NCBI GenBank assembly: GCA_963777155.1
Contig: CAVZPM010000039.1
Span: 1 to 64,000 of the forward strand
DNA: 64,000 nt
Origin: Candidatus Bathyarchaeota archaeon
GTDB lineage: Archaea > Thermoproteota > Bathyarchaeia > Bathyarchaeales > Bathycorpusculaceae
Direction: 5' to 3'
Shown: in pieces, positions 31,085-41,242 of the stretch
Numbering within the stretch: position 1 is the stretch's first letter
How the letters are laid out: each line of letters begins with the position of its first letter
Notes under the pieces: generated by a model
Databases searched by the model: none
Seen by the model: only the letters and a program-made list of their open reading frames with translations
What the model was told of the DNA's origin: nothing
Made by a program: the position numbers and the translations under genes

Positions 31085-31408
31085 ATGAAAACAAAAACAA
31101 TTCTAATTATTCTTACGACAGTCGCAATAGGTTTAGGAATTACTTTGGTTACAGGAATTTACGAGCAGACTTTGCTCCCAACTAATCTTTGGTCAGGGAC
31201 AACACAGACATGGGGTGGTTTCCCTTTTGGATGGTGGGGCTACTCTCAAGTGGGACATGTATATTTCGTCAATCCCCCTCATTGGTTCTCATCCTTATCC
31301 TTTGTGTCGGACGTTGTTTTCTGGTTCCTGATTAGTTCTGCTTCAGTCTTCACTACACTCAGATTAGTAAGAATGAAAAAAGACAAATCCATTGGTTTGA
31401 GCCGATAA
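31085..31408 (+). CDS. small membrane protein
   Basis: two TM segments flanking GFPFGW. Confidence 0.6.
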   Translation: MKTKTILIILTTVAIGLGITLVTGIYEQTLLPTNLWSGTTQTWGGFPFGWWGYSQVGHVYFVNPPHWFSSLSFVSDVVFWFLISSASVFTTLRLVRMKKDKSIGLSR

Positions 31409-31456
31409 GCTGAAAGTCGAAAACTAAATAGCTAAGTTAAAAATCAATTGTGAAAT

Positions 31457-31654
31457 TCATGGGCAGCAGTTACAGTTGTTGGTGTTGAGCCATTTTTTGT
31501 GCCACTTGAAGTTCTCGCAGCCACCTTTGGATTCACAGGACATGCAAGGGTCTTCGCTCGTGGCATTGTTTAACATGTCGATTAATTCCTTCTCAGCTTT
31601 AGGGTCAAGATGCAACTTTTTAACTTGTTTCTCAAATTCACCTGTCAAACGCAC
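31457..31654 (-). CDS. small Cys-rich protein
   Basis: PCMSC...CENFKWH..W, CNCC. Confidence 0.5.
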   Translation of the reverse strand: MRLTGEFEKQVKKLHLDPKAEKELIDMLNNATSEDPCMSCESKGGCENFKWHKKWLNTNNCNCCP

Positions 31655-31728
31655 AAACTCCTTACCTAATTCAACACTAGCGTAGGCTATTAAGGCTCAC
31701 AAAGAATTCAGTTAATTTAAGAATTGGC

Positions 31729-32067
31729 TTATCCTGATTCTCTTCGGGTGGTTTTACATTTTGTACATCTGAAGAATGTAACTGTTGAATGGATATTTTC
31801 GTCAGCTGCTTCAACATTCCATGTTTCACTTTTGGTGTTCCCGCATGTTTCACAGACTATACGAATTGTCGGAAGTTGTCTGAGCATTGCCTCTTTGTCT
31901 TTGTCTACTACCGCAATCTCCACAGGTTTCCCGTTTTTAACCCTTATTTTTTGTATTGCCCCTTCTTTTTTTAGAGGCTCGTGGTATTTGCATTTGGGGC
32001 ATCTAAGTGAAGGCGAACCCTTCTTAGCCACTTGGAGCAGTGCCCCGCATTTTGGACAGAAATTCAT
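31729..32067 (-). CDS. transcription factor S (TFS/RpoM)-like protein
   Basis: MNFCPKCG, CPKC, CETC, ADE hairpin, FFRCTKC. Confidence 0.8.
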   Translation of the reverse strand: MNFCPKCGALLQVAKKGSPSLRCPKCKYHEPLKKEGAIQKIRVKNGKPVEIAVVDKDKEAMLRQLPTIRIVCETCGNTKSETWNVEAADENIHSTVTFFRCTKCKTTRRESG

Positions 32068-32314
32068 TGTTAGTCACTTTCGTCAGAACTTTTCTAATTT
32101 AAAATAATTATTATATTTTATGAATTACACATCACAAATAATTCGATTAACATATGCAAAGACATAAGAAAAGCCAATTTTTCTTTTTTACTCGATCAAA
32201 AATAGGGTAACAGTATAGTCAGAAACGAGTATGCGACTTTTAGAGAAACTTCTGCTTATTTATCCACGATTATTTTATATGGACAAAAATTAACAATATG
32301 TAATGTGAAATCAT

Positions 32315-32794
32315 ATGTCCTTCCTTGATATTCCCGCGATATCTGTTGTGATTGCGTCAGCCAGCGTAATTGGCAGTGCAGTCTATTACATGATTGAAAC
32401 CAGACATCAGCGTAGGATTAGGCAAACCGAGAGTATTATCAGGCTTTCTCCATGGTTTAGTTTGGATGCGAAAGAAATTCAAGAGGCAATAAGCAATGTT
32501 TGCTCCCTTGAATATACTGATTACAAGGATTATCTTGCAAAATATGATGGAAAACCCGAACAGATATCACTAAAACTTTTGGGCAATTATTTTGAAGGCA
32601 TTGGCTTGCTCGTTTACATGAAATTGGTAGAGCTTGACATTGTCTTTAATTTTTGGGGTGACGTTGCAGAATCTGTTTGGGACGATAATGAAGAGTTAAT
32701 TAACGGTATGCGTGAGGATTCTGGCACTCCATTTACGTTTCAATATTGGGAGTTTCTTGTAAAAGAGTTCAAGAAAAGAAAAACTTGCTCTTAA
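32315..32794 (+). CDS. DUF4760-like protein
   Basis: N-terminal TM, NYFEGIGLLV, WEFL. Confidence 0.6.
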   Translation: MSFLDIPAISVVIASASVIGSAVYYMIETRHQRRIRQTESIIRLSPWFSLDAKEIQEAISNVCSLEYTDYKDYLAKYDGKPEQISLKLLGNYFEGIGLLVYMKLVELDIVFNFWGDVAESVWDDNEELINGMREDSGTPFTFQYWEFLVKEFKKRKTCS

Positions 32795-32837
32795 CAAGAA
32801 TAGGTAATCAAAGACTAATCATCTCTGTTATTTACAA

Positions 32838-33332
32838 TCAAGACCATTTGGGTGTAATTTCTATTCTGGTCACTGAGTCAGCTACATCACAATGAATGTT
32901 TGTTCTTGAAATGTAGAAATAACCGCCATCTCTTGACAAATTCCGGGTTCCAATATTGCCCATGTCTATTTCTGATGTTTGAAGTAGTGTTTGTTTATTG
33001 TAGAAGTGAATGATTAATTTACAATCTAGAGCAGGTTCAAGACCAACATTTGTTACTGTTCCGTAGATTGTGAAATTATGTCTCGAGTCAACGACGGGGT
33101 CTGTACTATTATGCAGATACCAGCCTAAGTTTGTTACAAGATATGGTTTGATTAGATTCTCTGCATCGCCTAATCTTTGTGTTAAATTCATGTTTTCTTG
33201 GTTTAACTTTTCAATTAAACCTGTCAACCTGTCGTTTTCAGATGAAAACATTTTTTCGAAGTAGACATAGCTTACTATAGGAGCCAGAATTGAAATTATT
33301 ACACATATGCTTACTGTCGTTTTTATATCCAA
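32838..33332 (-). CDS. membrane-anchored hypothetical protein (coiled coil + beta domain)
   Basis: N-terminal TM, heptad segment, GTVTNVG. Confidence 0.6.
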   Translation of the reverse strand: MDIKTTVSICVIISILAPIVSYVYFEKMFSSENDRLTGLIEKLNQENMNLTQRLGDAENLIKPYLVTNLGWYLHNSTDPVVDSRHNFTIYGTVTNVGLEPALDCKLIIHFYNKQTLLQTSEIDMGNIGTRNLSRDGGYFYISRTNIHCDVADSVTRIEITPKWS

Positions 33333-33609
33333 ACAACTCCACCAACATTAAAGCAGCAATGGGTGCTTCTTAGTTCTATTCATGGAACAGACAACGAACA
33401 TGTTGTTCCTTTTTGGAACGCTAACCTGCAATTTGTTTGGGTCGAGTATGATTAAAAAGTTCAATGCTGAAACGCTTTTCCACTGTAATGGAGAGGTTAG
33501 CTAAGTAAAACGTGATTTTTAATGAAAGTGCAAAACGATGCTTTTCCAATGAAACGCCTGCTAGAAAGCAGAAGGTATATATGGGGTTGTTGAACAGTTA
33601 TGTTTCGTC

Positions 33610-33724
33610 TGCCGGTCAAAGGGCACGGGTTCCACCTGATCCCATTCCGAACTCAGAAGTTAAACCGTGTTCCGTTCCCAGCTGTAGTGTGGTCTTAGGC
33701 CACGTGAACCTGGGAAAGCTGGCA
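33610..33724 (+). rRNA. rrf: 5S rRNA (unlinked)
   Basis: cacctgatcccattccgaactcagaagttaa core; terminal helix tgccgg/ctggca; TATATA ~30 nt upstream. Confidence 0.95.
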
Positions 33725-33823
33725 ACATTTTGACTTGTTTTTTCAGGGCAGTTTTTCTGGGTGATTTAGCATATCCTTATAAGGGTCTGAGAATAGTTTT
33801 TGAAAAGAAGTGGTGCATATAAC

Positions 33824-34933
33824 TTGAGTCTTATTCCCGGAAGCGATTCAATTACTCAGATTATCAGCTTGCTATCGTACGTGTTCTTCATAGTTCTGAT
33901 CTTTTACGGTCAACGTATTCAGATGTACGTCATGATCCGCGAGGTGGAAAACTCTCTGCATAAGCTCCGCCATATTAAGGAGGAAGGCAGAAAAACCGCC
34001 ATTGAAACCATAAAAGAAATCGGCAAACCAGCCACCGACCCATCTGCACGCGTTGACCGATACCTCGAATACTTTACCATTGGGCCCCAAAACATGGATC
34101 CCGCAGGAATCGTCTCCAAACTTGATCACATCCTCGATGTACGAGACGACCGCCTAAAAGAAGAAGTCAAACTCATGGCACCACAAATCCAAAACGACCC
34201 AGTACAAATTAACAACCTGGAAAACACCCTTGAAGCCGCGATGGCCTTAAACTTCATCTACAAAGTCGTTCGCCACTATTACATCCAGGGCAAAAAAACC
34301 CTGAGCCTGTACGTAATCATGCAGCTACAGATGATCCTACCAATGGTCATGAAGGAAGCAGACGCATACTCAAGCGCTTTGAAAGCCTTCGCTTATGGGC
34401 AACCAATCGGAGACGGCGCAGGTCCACTTGTCGCAGGCAAACTAATGCATGGCTACGAAGTTCGCAAGCTGCCCAAAGACTGTGTGATGGCAACAGTTCC
34501 CTTGGAGGGACGCACTGCCTTTGTCATGAAGGCTGAAGGTCCAGGCGGAAACGTCGGCAAACCCGGTGATGCAATAGAAGCAGTCATAGAGGAAAACGAG
34601 GGCAAAATCGCATGTCTCATTATGATTGATGCTGGCCTTAAGCTTGAAGGCGAAATGGTCGGCGAAGTCTCAGAAGGTATCGGTGCAGCCATCGGTGGAC
34701 CAGGCGTTGACGCATACAAGATAGAAGATAAACTAACTAAATACAAGATACCCAACTACGCCGTCATCATAAAACAGGACATCGGAGACGCAGTTACACC
34801 TATGCGCAAAGAAATTCATGACGCAACCGACAAAGTCATCGAACGCGTAAAATCGATCATCGTTGAACGCACAAAAGAAGGCGACAAAGTGATTATCTTC
34901 GGCGTTGGCAACTCCATTGGAGTGGGACAATAG
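33824..34933 (+). CDS. DUF1512 family protein
   Basis: PIGDGAGPL, KAEGPGG, IDAGLKLEGE, GVGNSIG; start may be 33800. Confidence 0.85.
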   Translation: MSLIPGSDSITQIISLLSYVFFIVLIFYGQRIQMYVMIREVENSLHKLRHIKEEGRKTAIETIKEIGKPATDPSARVDRYLEYFTIGPQNMDPAGIVSKLDHILDVRDDRLKEEVKLMAPQIQNDPVQINNLENTLEAAMALNFIYKVVRHYYIQGKKTLSLYVIMQLQMILPMVMKEADAYSSALKAFAYGQPIGDGAGPLVAGKLMHGYEVRKLPKDCVMATVPLEGRTAFVMKAEGPGGNVGKPGDAIEAVIEENEGKIACLIMIDAGLKLEGEMVGEVSEGIGAAIGGPGVDAYKIEDKLTKYKIPNYAVIIKQDIGDAVTPMRKEIHDATDKVIERVKSIIVERTKEGDKVIIFGVGNSIGVGQ

Positions 34934-34945
34934 GAGGATTAGACA

Positions 34946-35371
34946 ATGACACAAAACAACAAAACTCAATCGACAAATGCAAACCAAAAAATCAGCACTT
35001 ACCTAACCATGATTGTCCTGATTGTTATGGCGCTTGCCGTAACAGCCCTGCTCATTGCAGGCGAAACCTACCTTGCCGGCGACCAACTGGCCGCTGGTGT
35101 CCTAGCAGGCATAGGATTAATCGCATTGGTGCTCTCAGGATTTCTACTCTACCAATCCAAACTGCAGTCCAAACAGGTAAAAATCGATGTACCCAAAGTC
35201 ATGACAACAATCGAATGCAAATGCGGCGACAAAACCGTACGTGAATTCCAACGCGGCGACTATGTCTACAAAGAACTTGATGTTCCATGCCCCAAGTGCC
35301 CAACAACACACCAGATGATAACATCCATCTACAAAGAAGTCAAAGAAAAAGAGAAAACCTACAACGTCTAA
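34946..35371 (+). CDS. two-TM protein with C-terminal zinc ribbon
   Basis: ECKCG, REFQRGDYV, CPKC, ITSIY. Confidence 0.75.
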   Translation: MTQNNKTQSTNANQKISTYLTMIVLIVMALAVTALLIAGETYLAGDQLAAGVLAGIGLIALVLSGFLLYQSKLQSKQVKIDVPKVMTTIECKCGDKTVREFQRGDYVYKELDVPCPKCPTTHQMITSIYKEVKEKEKTYNV

Positions 35372-35389
35372 GTACGAACGAAGTTTAGC

Positions 35390-36292
35390 TTAAGTTAAAA
35401 CTTCGCAACCCTCATCTTTTATCAGCAATGTGTGCTCAACTTGAGCTACAGGTTTTTTAGTTGCCTCAACAAAAACAGGGTACCCCATAATCGCCTTCGA
35501 GGCGAACAGCTCCTTGAAAGCTGCTTTATGTTGCTCGGCTGGTACCACGCCAATTAGCCATCGTTCGGCGAAAGGCAGAGTTCTGAAGTTGGTTTCAATG
35601 TGCTTGAGCATTTTTTTTGCTGCTTCACTCTTTGTGGATTTGGCTTTTAACAGGCGGTAGATGGTGATTTTTGGTGAATCTTCTACTCGGGCAGCGGCTT
35701 CGGGCAATGTGACGAAGGGTTCGATAGCGTAGACTTCGCCAGTTTTGACTTTGTTTGGGTAAAAGCCTGACACGTTTGGGATGGATGTTCCAGCGTGGAT
35801 TAAGTAGCGTCCAACGCTGTGTCCGGTTAGGTTGCTGATTGGTTTAAACCCGCGGTTTCTTATGGTGGTTTCGATTAATCCGCCGATTTTTCCCAGCGCC
35901 ATATCGCCGTGGATGTTATCGATTAAGGTTTTCAGGGCAAGTTCAGCGGTGGCTGTCATGCTTCTGCCTTCAGCGCTAAAAGCTGATGTAAACGCAGTGT
36001 CAGTCACGTAGCCGTCCACTTGCACGCCAATGTCTACTTTAGCGGTGGAGCCTTCGGGTATTCGTGCTATGTCGCCTGGGGGTGAAGTATAGTGTGCCGC
36101 AACTTCGTTGATGCTTACGTTGCATGGAAACGCGGGTTTGCCACCTTTTTGGCGGATTAGTCCCTCGGCTTTTTCGCAGACTTCTATGATTGGCATGTTT
36201 TCTCGGACGTAACTGCGCATTTCTTCTCGGGTTTCGCGTAGAATTTTGCCTGATTGGCGGAATTTTTCGAGTTCTTCTTTATCGTATGGCAT
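35390..36292 (-). CDS. map: methionine aminopeptidase type II
   Basis: AAHYT, KVDIG..VDG...DTA, NLTGH, AIEPF, EHT. Confidence 0.95.
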   Translation of the reverse strand: MPYDKEELEKFRQSGKILRETREEMRSYVRENMPIIEVCEKAEGLIRQKGGKPAFPCNVSINEVAAHYTSPPGDIARIPEGSTAKVDIGVQVDGYVTDTAFTSAFSAEGRSMTATAELALKTLIDNIHGDMALGKIGGLIETTIRNRGFKPISNLTGHSVGRYLIHAGTSIPNVSGFYPNKVKTGEVYAIEPFVTLPEAAARVEDSPKITIYRLLKAKSTKSEAAKKMLKHIETNFRTLPFAERWLIGVVPAEQHKAAFKELFASKAIMGYPVFVEATKKPVAQVEHTLLIKDEGCEVLT

Positions 36293-36428
36293 GGAAATTC
36301 GCTTCTATTCAAAATTGGTTTATGCGTTGGATGCTTAAATGCATAACCACAACACCATCTAAATACTCAGATAAACGAAGTCCCCTTCATCAAGCCGAAT
36401 AGTCAAAAATGAAAAGAGGCGATGTAGC

Positions 36429-37271
36429 TTAAGTTGACTCAGGCAAGCTCTTTTGGGTCGTTACTCTACGAAGGAGCGCAACCACCACGATTGCAAAGCA
36501 GGCAATGATTACAGCCATAACTATGAGAGCGGTTTGTTCCCAGTCAGAACCAGACAGTATTCCAGTTAAGATGTTTGGTTGGGTTGGGGTTGCTGTTGGG
36601 TTTTCCGGCCAAGGAGTTGAGGTCGGATAAGTTGGCGTTATAGTTGGATTCGGGGTCCAAAATGGTTGAGATGTTGGAGATGCCTGAGTTGGGTTTCCTA
36701 TTGTGACTGTTCTCGTAGTGCTCCAGCCGCTTTCTCCGACTGTATTTTTGTATTGTGTGCCGCAAGCTTGAGAATTATAGATGGTATATCCTTCAATAGC
36801 CTTTACTTGAAAATCGATTTGACCTCCTTGAGGTACACTCCAGTATTGGATATTAAAGGACACGACCGTATAGGCGGAACTGGTTGCTTGAATGCCTGTC
36901 TGGCTGTGGCTTCCAAAGTCAGTGTCACCATTCCAGTTTTCAAAGTGCCCCTTTGAGCGTATGTTATAGTACAAGTAGACAGTGCTGTTGCTTGAATCTA
37001 TGTAGGGTGTGAAGGGCTGATTTCTTATCGTAACGTCGATGGTTCGGTTATCTACACGTTCCCCGCCGCTGCTATGGGTTATTTGCTCACCAGTGTAGGG
37101 ATCTGTTGTAGTCCAATGTGTTACGGGAACAGTGTATGAGTGGTCGACGTAAGCCACGCTGAAATCTGGGACTGACGGGTTAGCAAAAACGCTCGAAGGA
37201 AAAGCCATCAGCATAGTCGATGCAGATAAGATAAGAACTGTCAGTAGAGCAAATATCTTAGTTGGTTTCAT
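36429..37271 (-). CDS. secreted, C-terminally anchored protein (PSVP..F / LYYNIRxK type)
   Basis: signal peptide, Pro/Thr linker, C-terminal TM. Confidence 0.75.
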   Translation of the reverse strand: MKPTKIFALLTVLILSASTMLMAFPSSVFANPSVPDFSVAYVDHSYTVPVTHWTTTDPYTGEQITHSSGGERVDNRTIDVTIRNQPFTPYIDSSNSTVYLYYNIRSKGHFENWNGDTDFGSHSQTGIQATSSAYTVVSFNIQYWSVPQGGQIDFQVKAIEGYTIYNSQACGTQYKNTVGESGWSTTRTVTIGNPTQASPTSQPFWTPNPTITPTYPTSTPWPENPTATPTQPNILTGILSGSDWEQTALIVMAVIIACFAIVVVALLRRVTTQKSLPEST

Positions 37272-37386
37272 AGGTTACTCTTGTTCCAGTTACAATAAAA
37301 AGCTTGTAGTAAAGGTATTTTGACTAACTTAAGTCAAAGTTCCTTGACTGACAAGCTTTTATGTAAAACCTTACATGTACTTACCT

Positions 37387-37956
37387 ATGCGAAAAAAAAT
37401 AGCAATATTACTCAGCTTTCTTATGTTGATTTCAGGCTTGATTGCAATAGAGCCTGTGTTCACCCAAATCAGCCCTCCCGTTCCAAGCTTCACTTTGAAA
37501 CTCGAAGATGACTCACACGATGTAACGAACGCGACTGGAACTTACCACATATCAATTAAGTTCATCGACGTTGTCGTAAACAACACTGGGGAACTATCCA
37601 ATTACGCAGTCGTAAACGAAACCCTCGTTAAACTGTATTATAACATCCGCGTAAAAGATCACGCCGCTCAAGACTGGGCGCTGGTCACACCAAACCTTGC
37701 CCCATCAACTACAGACTACACAACCATAAAGTTTGGGCTCGGCAGCACTAATCCAGACCCGGGCGGCTGGAGCATCTGGATCGGCAACATAACCAAAAGC
37801 GGCAAGGTAGATGTACAAGTGCTAGGAATCGACGGGTTCTACACGAAACTAATCGATGACCCACCATGCTGGCGAATACCCCAATACAGCGCCTTTAACG
37901 AAACTGGAAGAAGCGCTTGGAGCACCACACAAACAATAACCATACCAACCAGTTAA
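37387..37956 (+). CDS. secreted paralog of the divergent neighbour, lacking the anchor
   Basis: PPVPSF, LYYNIRVK, VDVQV, SAWSTTQTITI. Confidence 0.7.
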   Translation: MRKKIAILLSFLMLISGLIAIEPVFTQISPPVPSFTLKLEDDSHDVTNATGTYHISIKFIDVVVNNTGELSNYAVVNETLVKLYYNIRVKDHAAQDWALVTPNLAPSTTDYTTIKFGLGSTNPDPGGWSIWIGNITKSGKVDVQVLGIDGFYTKLIDDPPCWRIPQYSAFNETGRSAWSTTQTITIPTS

Positions 37957-38054
37957 ACCTCATAATCAGCACCTCAACTTCTCCTCCTTCCTTCACTATT
38001 ACCACTGAAATCCAAGACGCAACCGAAGAGAACTAACTCTGTCTTACTTCATAG

Positions 38055-39212
38055 CTAGCTAACACCCGTAATGTTGGGGGAAAATTCAGAATTGAAGACT
38101 GAAGGCCACTTTGCATCCCTAAAGTCATCAAGCCATCCGGCATCTTCATCTGCATGGCATTTGAACATAACACCCAAGTTCTTTCTGTCCTTTGCTTCAT
38201 GGTATTTAAAGTAAATCTCGTCATCCATTATTCCAAGTATCTCTAACTTCCCAGTTACATGCGACATGATATACTTGAAACGCTTGCTAAGCCCATTGCA
38301 ACTAGCTTTTGCTTTTTCTATTATCCTAATTCCTTCGCACAAGGGAACCTGGAACTGATGCTTAACTCTTTTAACAGGGCGGCACTGGAAAAGGTAGTAA
38401 GGCATAACGCCAACGTCCACGAGCTTATTCATTAAGGTTGCAATCGTGAGGGGACTGTCGTTAACTCCGCGCAGGAGAACTGTCTGGTTGCTGACCAGAA
38501 CGCCTGCCTCAAGCAGATTGTTTACAGCGCCAATGGATTGTGGTGTTATTTCTCGAGGGTGATTAAAATGAGTCACAATATGTACTCTCTTATCACTCTT
38601 CGAGTATTTCCTAAAGAGGGCTATAAGTTTAGGATCAGAAAGCCTCGCGGGAAGAGTAACGGGAACTCTGCTTCCGATTCTAATGAATCTAACATGTTTT
38701 ATTCTATTTAAAACTTCAAGAAACCTCTCGATCATTTCGCTCTCAAGCACAAGCGGGTCACCACCGCTGATTAGAACATTGTTTATTTCTTTATGTTCTG
38801 CGACATAAGCGGCGGCGTCCTCAAAACGCGCCAAGATTTCTTCATTTGGCAACCCAACTAGACGTTTCCTAAAACAGTGTCTGCAATACATTGCGCACTG
38901 GTTCGTAGCTAAAATCAAAGCTGTCTCCGAATACTTATGCTGCATTCCATGAACTACAGTGTTTTCTGTTTCTCCACTTGTGTCATAAACCCCTTCAACG
39001 CTTAGCTCTTCAATAGAAGGCACAGCCATTTTTCTTATCGGATCATCAGGATCATTCCAGTCAATAAGTGACAAATAATAAGGGTTAATACGCATAGGGT
39101 GAACTTTAATTATTTTTTCCAGCATCTTTGCTTCGTCAGGAGCAAGGTCCACATACTTCTTGAGCTGCTTTACGCTGGTAATGCTTTTCTCTAATTCTTT
39201 AATCCAAGTCAT
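38055..39212 (-). CDS. KamA-family radical SAM (lysine 2,3-aminomutase-like)
   Basis: HKY, CAMYCRHCFRKR, SGGDPL, HFNHPRE, NQTVLLRGVND. Confidence 0.9.
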   Translation of the reverse strand: MTWIKELEKSITSVKQLKKYVDLAPDEAKMLEKIIKVHPMRINPYYLSLIDWNDPDDPIRKMAVPSIEELSVEGVYDTSGETENTVVHGMQHKYSETALILATNQCAMYCRHCFRKRLVGLPNEEILARFEDAAAYVAEHKEINNVLISGGDPLVLESEMIERFLEVLNRIKHVRFIRIGSRVPVTLPARLSDPKLIALFRKYSKSDKRVHIVTHFNHPREITPQSIGAVNNLLEAGVLVSNQTVLLRGVNDSPLTIATLMNKLVDVGVMPYYLFQCRPVKRVKHQFQVPLCEGIRIIEKAKASCNGLSKRFKYIMSHVTGKLEILGIMDDEIYFKYHEAKDRKNLGVMFKCHADEDAGWLDDFRDAKWPSVFNSEFSPNITGVS

Positions 39213-39696
39213 GCAAATAAAACTCCTTTGTTTGACCAGCGCGTTATTGATTTTTTTCCCTAAAGTGCTGATTAATCTTTAGGAATACAATATAGTGATG
39301 TCTTTACTTTTGGAATAAACTTTTTTGAGAAGCAAAATTTACTAAATTTCCAAATGTCTCAATCAATAAGCAAAGCCCAGTAAGCTAAATTAGCAAAATC
39401 TTGTACGCATATAACTATTGTAAATTACTTGTTTGTGTAGAAGCCGCTCGAGAAATTAGTCTTAAGAAAGTATTATTTGGATTTTAGCTTTTCTTCGATA
39501 ACTTCTTTGAACGTTACGGTGGTTTCTGACGGTATCGTTTTTTGTGTTATCTTGTATTTTTTGCTCTTTTTATTTTTCATAGGAAACTCTCAGATTGAAT
39601 TAAGGCTTTATAAGTTGTGTTCACTTTGACTTCATTCTGCCATCGCCTTTTTGGTTGGAAGAATATGTATGTTAACTTCAGGGTAAGGGGCTTGTT

Positions 39697-40617
39697 TCAT
39701 CGTGCATTTAGGAGCACGGAGAGATTGCGGGGCAATTCATTTAAGTAATCCGTTAGGCTTAGCGCCTTCATTTTCTCGATAGTTGCAGAGGGAATTTGAT
39801 CACTGGGTGTACCTTTTAATAAGAGCTCAGTTTCTTCTTGGGTGAATTCTGTGGTTTCTCCAATTTGTCCCAGATAGGCTTTGTTTTGAGGACAGACGGC
39901 TTGACATTTTATGCATCCTACAATGCAGTTGTGCCACTCAGGCTTTATCCAATTAGGAAATGGGATTTTGCTTTCTTTTTCATTATGGTACGTTAGGCAT
40001 TTTTCTGCGTGGAGCAGGAAGCGATTTTTGGTGATGGCGCCTGTTGGACATGCATTCCGACAAAGGGTGCAGTCCTTGCAGCTATTCATCATCTTTGCTT
40101 CTTGCCACTGGTCGCTTTCACAGGGCATATCTGAGTAAACTGCGGTTAAACGCATGAAACTGCCCATGCCTTGAACATAGGCGATGTTGTTTTTTCCATA
40201 AAAAGCTAATCCACTGTGTACTGCAAGCAATTTGAGGGGTAAGTTGGGAGTGGCAATTCTGTAGCCTTCTTTTCCAACTGCTTCAGCCACCAAGTGTTCT
40301 ACGTGTAGCCTTTTTTCATCGTATGCGGTGTAGGTTGGGGGCAAAATGAAGGTTTGTTTCTTTCCGTTCCAATTAAAAATCGCTTGGGTGGCGGGTCTGG
40401 GCATGGCTACTATGATGAGGGATTTTGCGTTCTTAAGCTCATCAGGTAATGAAAATTTGAATCTGAACAAGTATTCTTTAGAAAATTCCTCGTTAAATTG
40501 ATTCTGTTTTTGGCGGTTTTCAATTTCAGAACGCAAATCGGCAAGATGGCTTGTAGAAACAATGGTAAACTTGAGGTTTTCCTGTGTTAGTTTTTCGAAG
40601 TTAACTTGAGGAGTCAT
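39697..40617 (-). CDS. QueG/reductive-dehalogenase-like 2x[4Fe-4S] protein
   Basis: K.LAV.SGL..YGKN, CKDCTLCRNACP, GCIKCQAVCP. Confidence 0.8.
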   Translation of the reverse strand: MTPQVNFEKLTQENLKFTIVSTSHLADLRSEIENRQKQNQFNEEFSKEYLFRFKFSLPDELKNAKSLIIVAMPRPATQAIFNWNGKKQTFILPPTYTAYDEKRLHVEHLVAEAVGKEGYRIATPNLPLKLLAVHSGLAFYGKNNIAYVQGMGSFMRLTAVYSDMPCESDQWQEAKMMNSCKDCTLCRNACPTGAITKNRFLLHAEKCLTYHNEKESKIPFPNWIKPEWHNCIVGCIKCQAVCPQNKAYLGQIGETTEFTQEETELLLKGTPSDQIPSATIEKMKALSLTDYLNELPRNLSVLLNAR

Positions 40618-40631
40618 AAATGAGTCATTTT

Positions 40632-41186
40632 TTAGGATTTGTAAAGTCTGGGATCCAGCAATGCGAAATTGTTTCCGCCTGCATGGTAGAGTACTCGTGC
40701 CTTTTTGAGATCATAACCACTTTCGGTAAAGACACCCATGTCTGCGTAGGCTTCAAGGATTTTGCCGACAAAGATTGTGTGGTCGCCTGTGGTGAATTGT
40801 CCATCGATTTCACACTCAAGATGCGCAATGCATTCACGGATAGCCGGCGCTTTAATTTTTTTGCCTGGCATTTGGGTGAGGTTGGCTTTTTTGAATTTGT
40901 CAAAGCTTCTGCCAGTTAGGCTTCCGCAAGCGTAGACTGCTTGGAGGGTTTCCATTGTGGGGATGTTTACTGTGAATTCGCCTGATTCTTCGATGAGGGT
41001 GTGGGTGTGACGGGTGGGTGCGAGGCTGATGGCGAGGAGTGGCGGGTTGATTGAGGTCGGCATTGCCCACGCGACCGTGGTTACGTTTGGTTTGTTTGCT
41101 TTTCCAATAGCTGAGACAAGTACGGTGTGCATTGGGTGAAGAAGCCGATATGCTGAGTTTATGTTGACAGTTGTTTTCACGGACAT
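40632..41186 (-). CDS. flavin reductase-like protein
   Basis: SINPP, FTVNIP, LEC, GDHTIFVG. Confidence 0.88.
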   Translation of the reverse strand: MSVKTTVNINSAYRLLHPMHTVLVSAIGKANKPNVTTVAWAMPTSINPPLLAISLAPTRHTHTLIEESGEFTVNIPTMETLQAVYACGSLTGRSFDKFKKANLTQMPGKKIKAPAIRECIAHLECEIDGQFTTGDHTIFVGKILEAYADMGVFTESGYDLKKARVLYHAGGNNFALLDPRLYKS

Positions 41187-41242
41187 TTTTCTCGCCTATG
41201 TATATACTTATGAGACTTGATCGTTATCAAAATATTTCGGTC

